Shown: in pieces, positions 1 to 9,089 of the stretch
Layout: each line of letters begins with the position of its first letter
Numbering within the stretch: position 1 is the first letter of the stretch
From: Diplonema japonicum
Lineage: Eukaryota > Protista > Euglenozoa: Diplonemea
Reading direction: 5' to 3'
Length of the DNA stretch: 64,000 nucleotides
Assembly: GCA_964019335.1 (NCBI GenBank)
Contig: OZ025721.1
Span: 248,001 to 312,000, forward strand
The notes under the pieces: model-generated
Seen by the model: only the letters and a program-made list of their open reading frames with translations
The model's database searches: none
Told to the model about the DNA's origin: nothing
Program-made: the position numbers and the translations under genes

Positions 1-111
1 TCTTCCCCCCCCCCTTTTTTTGACATCCTCGTTTTTCATCCCATTCGAAAAAAATCTACAATAGGAGAGGGTGCGGTGGGGGCGTGGGGGTGGGGTGGGG
101 GGGGGGAAACA

Positions 112-2976
112 ATGAAACGTACCACCCTGAGGTACGGGGGGGAAGAAGTTTCCAGCTCATGGTGGGAAATAGACTGCCTGGGGAACAAGGTGTTCAGCGC
201 GATCCTCGAAAAAGCGAGACGGGAGGGCGAGAGCTCCGACGAGGTGATCCGAAAAATGCTGCTGGTACCCCCTGCCATCATCATGTTCTGCGTGTTCGTC
301 TTGCTCCTCATATATGAAATCGTATTCTTCTCAACGTCGGGCCCCTTGAGGCTCACACTGTCATGTGTGGTGTGCACAACATTGCTGGCTGTCTGTATCA
401 ACGCCATAAGATTGAAGACACTAACAATGCGTCTTGTGGAGGTGGGCGTGTGTGTGCTGATGATAGCCACCATTCTATCTGACCTGGTCAACGTGGGCCT
501 GTATGAACAATGGTTTATTGCGGTGCTTTTAATGGACGTTCTGTTGTTGACCAACCCCGACCCACGTTTGGCGTGGACTTTGTACGGAATGACGATGTCG
601 TGGATTGTACTCCGGACTGCCGAGGATGCGTCCCGTTTTGGAATGTACGAACACATCCCGTACAACGAGGATAACCAACCCCGCCCTGCAGAAGGGTGGT
701 CCTGGGGTTTCCCCATTCTTGTTCTTCGTTGCGGTGTGTTCGGGTTGGACCACGCATTGACCCGCAGGTTCGCCGTCGGGATGAAAAAAGAACGCGAACG
801 CCTTGACACATCCGTCATTATGGCCGAAGAAGTTGCCGACGCGCTTATTCGGTTCGATTTAATAAGAGCGGAGTCTTTAATCTCATCGCAGGACGTTGCC
901 ATTAAAGACTCGTTCATCCGTCTTCTCGAAAACCTCAAAATGTACCGTCCGTACCTTCCGCCGACTATTTTTTGCGGCGGCGACGAGGATGCTTATCTCA
1001 GGAAGGAGGACAGCAATTCTTATTTCGTTCCCATACCCGGTGCGGTGATGCCCAATCAAGACCCGACGTCGCCTGCATCATTGACACAAACACAAACAGA
1101 AATCGAGCTTGAAGAGATCACAGTAACCGACGCAAAACTCCGTGAGAACCTCGAGGTTGGAGTCCGGGTTCGGAAAGGTTCTGTTTTGCGAACGGCATTC
1201 GACACGATCAGTCTGGAAGTCCAGGACACCTTTGCCCTGGTCGCACCTTTCGCAGAGGTGTGTCTCCAGGAAGTGAAGAACTGGGGCGGGGTGGTCCTGC
1301 ATCTAAACGGGTCGGTTTTGCTCGCAGGTTGGAACACGCATTTACCATGCCCGAGGCATTCTTTACATGCTGTTCGATGCAGTTTGATTTTGGGAAATTC
1401 CTTGACGTCATCTCCCACAGCGTTTCCTCATCATTGCTGTGTGACTGCTTGCGGGCGGCTGGCCGTCGGTTCGACAGGGACAGAATTCATCAGATCACCA
1501 TTTGTCCTGGGAAACCCTGTAGTGCAAGTCGAAGCCATGTCGATCCTGTGCCGCCCGCTTGACTGCACGCAAATCATAACAGAGGGCGTGTATGAAGCCA
1601 CACGGACACAGGTGAACGGCAGGCTGATAGATGTTATTCCTGAAATCCCGTGTCCCTACGCGGGCAATCTGGACTCCATTGGGTTGTACGAGTTGTGTGA
1701 TTTCTTTCCGTTTGAAAGGACGCAGTATATGAATGCGTTTATAGCTTTTTCGGTGAATAAACCGGAGTCGGTGGATCTGTTCCAAGAGTATCTCAAAGAA
1801 TGTCCCGGTGATGTGCAAGCAGCGAGGATTCTCAAGCTCGCGTTGGCCGCTCGAGACCGTCCCGAGTTCCTCCCCATCCCGTATGTGCGGAGCATGGTCG
1901 GGTGGAAGATGCTGGAACAGGAAGCGGAGGGAATCCTTCCCGAGGACGTGAAAGCGTTGTTCTCTTTCAAAAGAGAGGTGAAGAGGGTTCCCGAGCTACC
2001 GCCGCCCATGCTCGAACAAGACCAGCTTTTAAAAGCCCTCCACGCAGCAGCTTCCAAACGCAACTCTATGCACGACAATTTCGAATTCGTCGATCTCGAA
2101 GGATCACGGTGGTACCGATCAGGAAAATCCCTCGGTTCGGGTTCGTTCGGGGAGGTGTGGCTGGGCATGGGCGAAGACGGAGGATTAGTTGCGATGAAAT
2201 GGCTCGCCGTGTCCGGCCCGAAGGATTTCGACACAATAACAAACCTGTCAAAATGCAGCGGCGAATCCAGTAAGAAATCACCGTCGGTTCGAAGCATGAC
2301 CAGCTTCACAGACCAACGCCTAAAAGAACGCCTCGAGGAGGTCAAGAAAGAAGTCGAGCTCTTATCCAAACTAAAACACGAGAACATTGTCTGCTACCTC
2401 TCCGTCGCAGCCGTTCAAACCTCCATCGTCATCAACATGGAGTACGTTCCGGGGGGTTCGCTCCAAAACCTCTTGGAACAGTTTGGAATCTTGCCCCTGT
2501 CATCAGTACAGAGGTACGTAAAGGACATCTTGAAGGGGTTCAGATACCTCCATAAAACCAATGTCGCACATCGTGATTTCAAACCCGGCAATGTTTTGGT
2601 TCAAATCGATGGACAATGCAAACTATCCGATTTCGGTGCATCCGCAGCTTTAAGCGATGTAATGGGGCGAAATGTGGTGGGTACTTTGCTTTACATGTCA
2701 CCCGAAGCCTGTCGAGGTGAGGCTGACACAAGTTCCGACATATGGAGTCTAGGCATCACAACGGCGCAAATGCTCTCAGGGGAGCTACCTTACAATGTGT
2801 CTGAGATCGAGCCGCACACGTTTCTGTACCATCTCAGTAAAGAGAGGGAGGACTTCCTGCCTGTGATTCCCGATTTGATAGATGAGGACGCCAAGGAGTT
2901 TATAAAGAGCTGCGTGTTGTTGAACAACAGGCCTGCGGCGGACGAACTGCTTTACCACAAGTTCATTGTTGGGTAG
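112..2976 (+). CDS. Multi-TM protein with a degenerate class III nucleotide-cyclase-like region and a C-terminal STE11/MEKK-like Ser/Thr kinase
   Basis: First ATG at 112. About 6 hydrophobic segments, then LxxYRPYLP and a cyclase-like segment. Kinase motifs LGSGSFGEV, VAMK, HRDFKPGN, SDFG, GTLLYMSPE. Confidence 0.85.
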   Translation: MKRTTLRYGGEEVSSSWWEIDCLGNKVFSAILEKARREGESSDEVIRKMLLVPPAIIMFCVFVLLLIYEIVFFSTSGPLRLTLSCVVCTTLLAVCINAIRLKTLTMRLVEVGVCVLMIATILSDLVNVGLYEQWFIAVLLMDVLLLTNPDPRLAWTLYGMTMSWIVLRTAEDASRFGMYEHIPYNEDNQPRPAEGWSWGFPILVLRCGVFGLDHALTRRFAVGMKKERERLDTSVIMAEEVADALIRFDLIRAESLISSQDVAIKDSFIRLLENLKMYRPYLPPTIFCGGDEDAYLRKEDSNSYFVPIPGAVMPNQDPTSPASLTQTQTEIELEEITVTDAKLRENLEVGVRVRKGSVLRTAFDTISLEVQDTFALVAPFAEVCLQEVKNWGGVVLHLNGSVLLAGWNTHLPCPRHSLHAVRCSLILGNSLTSSPTAFPHHCCVTACGRLAVGSTGTEFIRSPFVLGNPVVQVEAMSILCRPLDCTQIITEGVYEATRTQVNGRLIDVIPEIPCPYAGNLDSIGLYELCDFFPFERTQYMNAFIAFSVNKPESVDLFQEYLKECPGDVQAARILKLALAARDRPEFLPIPYVRSMVGWKMLEQEAEGILPEDVKALFSFKREVKRVPELPPPMLEQDQLLKALHAAASKRNSMHDNFEFVDLEGSRWYRSGKSLGSGSFGEVWLGMGEDGGLVAMKWLAVSGPKDFDTITNLSKCSGESSKKSPSVRSMTSFTDQRLKERLEEVKKEVELLSKLKHENIVCYLSVAAVQTSIVINMEYVPGGSLQNLLEQFGILPLSSVQRYVKDILKGFRYLHKTNVAHRDFKPGNVLVQIDGQCKLSDFGASAALSDVMGRNVVGTLLYMSPEACRGEADTSSDIWSLGITTAQMLSGELPYNVSEIEPHTFLYHLSKEREDFLPVIPDLIDEDAKEFIKSCVLLNNRPAADELLYHKFIVG

Positions 2977-3217
2977 CGGGGGTGTGGGTTATGTTAATAT
3001 TTTAAAAAAAAAGGTTTTTTTTATTATTATTCCTCCTCTTATTTTCCCTTTCCGCACGGTGGGGGGGGGGGGGGGGGGGGGGGTTTGACCGCTACAAGAA
3101 GAAGAAGAAGAAGAAGAAGAAAAAAAAAAACTCCAGCCTGTGTTCTGGAAGACGAAAAAAAAAAGGGAGGGGAAAAGTTCCCACCTCATTTTTAATGGTT
3201 TTTTTTTTTCTCTCTCT

Positions 3218-3256
<39 letters not shown>

Positions 3257-4307
3257 CCGTCCTGTACCTTGCCTGCTTCGCCTCTTTCGTGCCCCCAGAA
3301 GAAAAAAAAAAACACAAAAGAGCGTTTCCACGCTGATACGCGCTGGCCTAAGAAGAGGGAGATGGAGAAGGGAGGGGATACCGCTTCATACCAACCGAAA
3401 GAAGAATGAGAAAACAACTATTCAGCACTTAAACCAGCTCAAAGAAATAGAGTAAATAGCTTCACACACCCCCCGCTGTCCCACTTTATTTCCCGCCCCT
3501 AAAGACTTGGCAAACGCCGAGAGACTTTTAAAAATCTTAGTTTTTCATAGTCTTGTATCTATATTTTCCGGTTTATAAAAAAGAAAAGAGAAAGAAAAAA
3601 AAAAGAACATGAAGTGTTATTGAACCTCCCCCTCCCCCCCCCACCGTGCACAGGCCAGTAAACTTTTTTTTTTTCTTTTTTATTCCATTCGAAATCTAAT
3701 TATTTTCAAACTCATTTCTTCTTTTCAAAAGAAAACAAAAACAAAAACAAAAAAAAAAAAAAAAAAACAAAAAAAAAAAGGAAATTGACTAAAACAGTGG
3801 CCAGAGTAAAAGAAAAGAAAGGGGGAGGGAATAAAAAAGAAAACCAAACTTTATCCCCTCCTCCCCCCTTTCCTGCATTCCTCCTTTGTACAATCAACAA
3901 CGACAGCAAGTCAAAAGGGTTGCTCTTTTCTTTTCTCTTCTTTTTTTTTTGATTTTTTTTTTTTTTGAAAGTAGAAAAAGTGAGCCAGCGCTATGCGCTT
4001 TAAAAAAAAAAAAAAGAATCTCTTTCTTTAATATTTGAAATCTGTACAAACCAAAAGCTGCCTCTCTTTTCTTCTTTTTTTTTTCGTCTTCTTTTTTTGC
4101 GGTGAAGATTTCTGATAAAAGACTTGGTAGAAGAAGAAAAAAGGGGAAAATGGTAGTTATTTTATTGTCTTGTTCCTGAAGGTGTGGTTTCTGTGGTTTT
4201 CTAATTACCGGAGTTGGACTTAATATGAAACGGAAAAGAATACAAATCCGAAAAATATTTCGCCGTTTGTTCCATATTTATTCTGTTCCAAATTATATTT
4301 CCGCTGT

Positions 4308-4346
<39 letters not shown>

Positions 4347-4347
<1 letters not shown>

Positions 4348-4870
4348 GGAAAAACACTGTTCACGGTAAGCAAATAACTTTTTTCCACCGTTTCCTTAAA
4401 CCTAAAAAAAAATTTTCCACCAGGTACGGTAACTACAACTTTTTTTCCACCGTTACTGTAACCACCAAGTTTTTCCCTTATGCAACTACAAACTTTTTTT
4501 CCACCAAACACGGTAACCTGTATCATTTTTATGCCTGATTAGGGTTTGGGAAAGAACTGGGACTGAACCCAACCAGTTGAGAAATGCAGGTTGCAGCATT
4601 ATGCCCAACCTTTCTCCAGTTGCTGCACATGTTCTTCCCCTCCCCCTCACTCCGCTTCCTCTTCGCCGGCCTGCCTATTTGTGACTGTCACGATTGGTGG
4701 CCTGAGACGTTTTCACAGGCAGAAGGGGGTGGACACGAAAAAAATCCAAAATTTCGAAAAACTAAAAATGAGAACAATAGGAAGGTTTCATGGGAGAGTG
4801 GAAAAAAAGTTATGGGTTACCGTACTTGGTGGAAAAAAGTTATTTGTTTACCGTGAAGGGTGTTTTTCTC
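4347..4870. mobile_element. MITE / non-autonomous TIR DNA element
   Basis: 43-bp TIRs with 4 mismatches: GGGAAAAACACTGTTCACGGTAAGCAAATAACTTTTTTCCACC versus the reverse complement of the right end, GAGAAAAACACCCTTCACGGTAAACAAATAACTTTTTTCCACC. Subterminal ACGGTAA..AACTTTTTTCCACC repeats; T-runs on both flanks. Confidence 0.85.
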
Positions 4871-4884
4871 TTTTTTTTTTTCCA

Positions 4885-4917
4885 AGGCGTCCTGTCACAT
4901 ACCGCAGGTACCCTTAA
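4885..4917 (+). repeat. Short dispersed intergenic repeat, copy 1
   Basis: AGGCGTCCTGTCACATACCGCAGGTACCCTTAA matches AGGCGATCCTGTCACATACTGCAGGTTCCCTTCAA at 16002; both copies lie between T-runs. Confidence 0.7.
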
Positions 4918-4928
4918 ATGTCTTTTTT

Positions 4929-4959
<31 letters not shown>

Positions 4960-5252
4960 GTCAAGATCAGAAATCGCACCAGGAAGAAGGAAAAAAAAAA
5001 AGAGAAAAAAAAGGGAACCAACTTACTTGTTTCCGGGAGGGAAACATCCAAAAAAAAGGGGGGGGGGTAAAATATTCTCTTGCCAACACCCACCCTTTAA
5101 AAAAAATAAAAGAAAAGCCTTTCTTCTGGAAGAGAAAAAAAAAAGAGAGAAACTTACTATATTTGTGTCGTACTTTTTCTTTTCTTTTTTCTTAGTTGTT
5201 GTTTGCTGTCTTTTCCCGCCTTATAAAAAAAAAAAAGAAGAAGGGAAAAAAC

Positions 5253-8200
5253 ATGGAAGAACCGATCCCGCAACATGCAGGTGGAGGGGTTTGCGCGAAG
5301 CTGCCTGCATTGCGGCAGGCTCCCGCTCAGCAAACGGACGTGTGGACGAAAGGAACGAACGGGAAAACAAAGTTTCTATCCTCACACAACACCGTCCAAG
5401 GCCGGGACCTGGTTGTGGGGAAGAAAAAAGGCAAAAACGGAAAGGGGTTATGGGTGGTAAGAGACCAGCCCATGGAAAAACAGCGGTTCCGGGAACGAAT
5501 CCCGAAACAGATCAACGCGTTTAACATGAAACAGTACGGACAGGGGAACACGAACCACTCGAAACAACAGGATCTGTTGGAGAAGTGGATGACAAACTAC
5601 CAAACCGAACAGGTTGCCTTTTCATCAGTAGCAACGTGGGCCGAGGTTGTCCTCCGCAGAGTCTTAGCAGACACTGCTCACCTCAACAGACCGAACCCCC
5701 TTCGAACTGCTGTGTGCTGCATGCTGCTCGACAGAGTTTCTGCTTTATTCGGCAGATACGAAGGCCTCCTGACACGCTTAACTGATGAGATATTCGCCTC
5801 TATCTATCACGACTGGCCGACAAACACGGAGTTTAAAAAGCCTGCTGACCAGCTTCCCACCTTGCTTCCATTGCCATCGCACCCAATAAAGCCTCACAGC
5901 CTCGCCCCTTTGAACCGTGCTGAGAGTTTTTCATCGTCTGTGGCTCCATCTGATCAACCCGAAGAGAGTTCGGTTCCGGGAGACGACGCTTTTTCAGAAC
6001 CCGAACCCGAGCAGCGCCACCTCAAAAGCCCTCGAAAAGCTGTTCATGAGCTCAACAACATGTCGAGTTATTTCCAGGTCTGCCGGCAGTTGGTTTTTTC
6101 GCAAGACAGTGCTTTAACGGTCGACAGGGGAGGTCAGAACAGCATGTCGATCACAGATGTGTTGAACGCTGCGATCAGCAGATGGCAACGCTCGATTTTG
6201 CGGATTTACTTTTTGAACTGGAGGATGGTCGGGCGCAAGGAACGGTCGCGGAAGGAGCGGGTTCGAGGCATTGCCGAGCGTCTTTTTCTGAAAAAGCTCC
6301 TTGTTTTGAAAAAGAAATGCTTCTCGGAGTGGAAGGAGGTCGCGCAAAACCGGAAGACAAGGGTGACCCGAGAATGCGAGGACATCCGCGCCAAAGCCAT
6401 CAACACAAAGATGGCGAAGAAGCTCCTTGAACTCGAAGCCTCTTGGCAGGAAACCCAAAGCAAAATGGAATATTTCCGAAGTGAGTACCACAAGTGCAAA
6501 TCGATCCTCCTCAAAATGTCCGGCCTCCTCCGGAAGTTCAGGGAGGCTTCTGGAAAAGAAGAAGCAACCGACGACCCCGAACCGGAAGAAAACGACGACA
6601 GCCAAAACGACACCACCCGACTCGGAGAAGCCAAAGAGGACCCCTTGGAGAAGTCATTCAACCCGCAAATAACGAATGATGACAAAGACCCCACGGAACA
6701 GAATGACGAACCGACGTCTAAAAACAGCACACATCCGTTAGACGCAAAGACTATAAAACAGTCCATAGATGCAATGGACGCAAGGATCACCGACGCTGTA
6801 AAGTCGAAGGGCCCCCCGTTGGACAAGGTAATGGATACTCTGCTGTCGAACGACGAAGCGATACGTAAAAAAGCCCACGGACACCAAACCAGTCCGACAA
6901 AGCTCTTCGATCAGCAGCAGCACGTCAAAGACGGCGAGACGGTAAAACAGCGAACCCCATTCACAGAGGTCTTGAGGTGGGTCAATACCCAAGTTCACTC
7001 CTTAATAACCCCGTACAAAAAAATCACGAATTTTGTAACGGACTTTAGGAACTGTCACAACTACGGGTACCTTTTGCAGTCCTTGATAGACGAAGACACG
7101 GAGGTTCCCGTCCGGCAAATCGCGGAACTATGCTTGGACGCGAGCTTGGAAGATTCAAAGAAAGCTGTGGCGGTCTTGCAGGTTGCGCAATCGTTGTTAG
7201 GGACAAGCTTGGAAGGTATCATGAAGCCTTCCGACATACTTAAAATGAAGGCATCGAAGAACAGCAGTCTGGTGTACAAGCTGTTCGAAAAATTTTCGAC
7301 TTCATCGAAAATCGCGCGTGCTTTGCAAAACCCAACGAGTACTATCGTGCAAAACAAACCCGATACTGACCCCGATGACGCGTCCTTGGATCTAGACGGC
7401 TTCGACTCGCAGGCAAGCGAACCGGTCTCCAAAGACAACAAAGGAAAAACTTCGAACATTGAACCCGAACCGACGAACGACGACTACGACAGATGGCTCA
7501 TGGAATACCCCGATGAAGATGACATTGCACCCGACACCCGTTCCCCAACTTCAGTGCAACTCGACAGAGAAAACACAATCTTATCACGATCCGTGACACC
7601 AATCGTAAACCCCGACGGCGACCAACCCAAAGAAAACACACCGCCTTTGGCACACAGCCTGAGACAACACAGACACGTGACGCTCGGTGATATTCTCCAG
7701 GGAACGGATCCCGGTTCGCTTGTTATTTTGAAGAATTCGGAGCCTTCGCCGAAGTCCAACGACGAGAGACACCCTTTGTTGAAGTGGTTCAATAAACAGC
7801 TTACTGAAGGAGGGTGCGGGGGTGTGAAGAATTTCGCGGACGATCTGAAAGACTTCAAGAAGTACGCAGAAGTCCTTGCATTGCAAAGCCCGAACCGATG
7901 CCCGTCCCTCTTGACAGTCACCGATGTAGCCGAACGACGCCGTCTCGTCGGGCAGGTTCTGGGAAGTTTTGGAGTCTTTCCCAAGCTTCCCGACACGGGA
8001 GAGACGGATTGCGACCTTCGCCGGGCTCACATGACGTTCATGGTTCTGTTCCATTCCGTGCTCACGACTGCTGTTCAGAACTCGCTTGTGATACTCGGTA
8101 CACAGGTCATCCCCACCGAAACAGAAATCTGCGAAGCTTTGAAGATCTCAAAAGACAATCCCAGCGACACTAAGGAAATCCTTGCAACGCTCGAGAGAAA

Positions 8201-8879
8201 CGCAGTCGTGCTGCAAAAGGTATTTCTCATCTATTCCTGCGCGCAAGGGTGCGACTTGGTCATGGGCAAGACAGAGTGGAACGCGTTCTGTAAAGGTTGC
8301 GGCCTTCATGACGCTGGTATTCGGTTCCCAGTCGGGGCGAAGAAACCTTTAGTAGAGGCCACGAAGGGAGTTCTTAGAGCTGCACAAAGTCGGATAGCGG
8401 CTTTCAACACAACAGCACTTGAAGCCGTCCGTGCGCTCATCGAGGATGTGATCATCCCCAAAGCTCCGCTCGAGGAGCTCATCGCCTTCCACGCGTCCTT
8501 AGATTTACCTGATATCTCTGGCACCCTGAAGCCCATTGCGCAAGAGCTCAAGAAAATATTTAGGTGTCATGCAACGCGTGACCGTAAGGGCGATTTCGTG
8601 GTCTCTTGGGCCGCTTTTTTGACGTTTCTCATCAACGCAAAGCTCCTCTCCCCAACACTGAACCCAAAGGCTGCTTTCGTGGTTTTCGCGTCGGTGCAAA
8701 CCGATCTGGCAGGGCTTACTTTTCTCGAATTTCTGAAAGCGTTGTGCAGCCTAGCAACCCTGCGGGTGTGTTTTTTTTTTTTTTTTAAAGGAAAAGTAAA
8801 ACAGGACCCGATGCCGTTCCATAGCTTGCGCTTCCAGGTAGAAAGGTTCATGAAAATGATTGTCGCCGAAGCAGCGTGA
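5253..8879 (+). CDS. Coiled-coil / calponin-homology (CH) domain protein, probably cytoskeletal or flagellar; in-frame intron 8766-8804
   Basis: CH-like segments VLRWVN..ITNFVTDFRN and LLKWFN..VKNFADDLKD; SFI1-like F..W repeats. Removing the 39-nt GT..AG intron gives LATLR|DPMPF, which aligns with the neighbouring paralog. Confidence 0.75.
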   Translation: MEEPIPQHAGGGVCAKLPALRQAPAQQTDVWTKGTNGKTKFLSSHNTVQGRDLVVGKKKGKNGKGLWVVRDQPMEKQRFRERIPKQINAFNMKQYGQGNTNHSKQQDLLEKWMTNYQTEQVAFSSVATWAEVVLRRVLADTAHLNRPNPLRTAVCCMLLDRVSALFGRYEGLLTRLTDEIFASIYHDWPTNTEFKKPADQLPTLLPLPSHPIKPHSLAPLNRAESFSSSVAPSDQPEESSVPGDDAFSEPEPEQRHLKSPRKAVHELNNMSSYFQVCRQLVFSQDSALTVDRGGQNSMSITDVLNAAISRWQRSILRIYFLNWRMVGRKERSRKERVRGIAERLFLKKLLVLKKKCFSEWKEVAQNRKTRVTRECEDIRAKAINTKMAKKLLELEASWQETQSKMEYFRSEYHKCKSILLKMSGLLRKFREASGKEEATDDPEPEENDDSQNDTTRLGEAKEDPLEKSFNPQITNDDKDPTEQNDEPTSKNSTHPLDAKTIKQSIDAMDARITDAVKSKGPPLDKVMDTLLSNDEAIRKKAHGHQTSPTKLFDQQQHVKDGETVKQRTPFTEVLRWVNTQVHSLITPYKKITNFVTDFRNCHNYGYLLQSLIDEDTEVPVRQIAELCLDASLEDSKKAVAVLQVAQSLLGTSLEGIMKPSDILKMKASKNSSLVYKLFEKFSTSSKIARALQNPTSTIVQNKPDTDPDDASLDLDGFDSQASEPVSKDNKGKTSNIEPEPTNDDYDRWLMEYPDEDDIAPDTRSPTSVQLDRENTILSRSVTPIVNPDGDQPKENTPPLAHSLRQHRHVTLGDILQGTDPGSLVILKNSEPSPKSNDERHPLLKWFNKQLTEGGCGGVKNFADDLKDFKKYAEVLALQSPNRCPSLLTVTDVAERRRLVGQVLGSFGVFPKLPDTGETDCDLRRAHMTFMVLFHSVLTTAVQNSLVILGTQVIPTETEICEALKISKDNPSDTKEILATLERNAVVLQKVFLIYSCAQGCDLVMGKTEWNAFCKGCGLHDAGIRFPVGAKKPLVEATKGVLRAAQSRIAAFNTTALEAVRALIEDVIIPKAPLEELIAFHASLDLPDISGTLKPIAQELKKIFRCHATRDRKGDFVVSWAAFLTFLINAKLLSPTLNPKAAFVVFASVQTDLAGLTFLEFLKALCSLATLRVCFFFFFKGKVKQDPMPFHSLRFQVERFMKMIVAEAA

Positions 8880-9089
8880 GCGTGGCCTTTCTCTTTTCTT
8901 TCCCTCCCTTCGATGATAAAGAAAGCAAGAAAGTAAAAGGAAAAGGGGCGGGGGGCAAGAAAGAAAAAAGAGAAAAGAAGGGATTTTCCAACCCCTATTC
9001 TTTTAATGGTTGCAAAAAAAAAAAAAAAAAGTTACTTTCCTTCCCTTTTTTTTTTTAAAGTTTTTTCCACCCATAAAAATAGGGTCACG

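Noticed and set aside
4360-4520. Regularly spaced repeats resembling a CRISPR array
   Set aside because: Degenerate subterminal repeats of a MITE in a eukaryotic context, with no cas genes.
2989-5200. Poly-K/poly-F ORFs in intergenic DNA here and throughout
   Set aside because: Translations of A/T homopolymer tracts.
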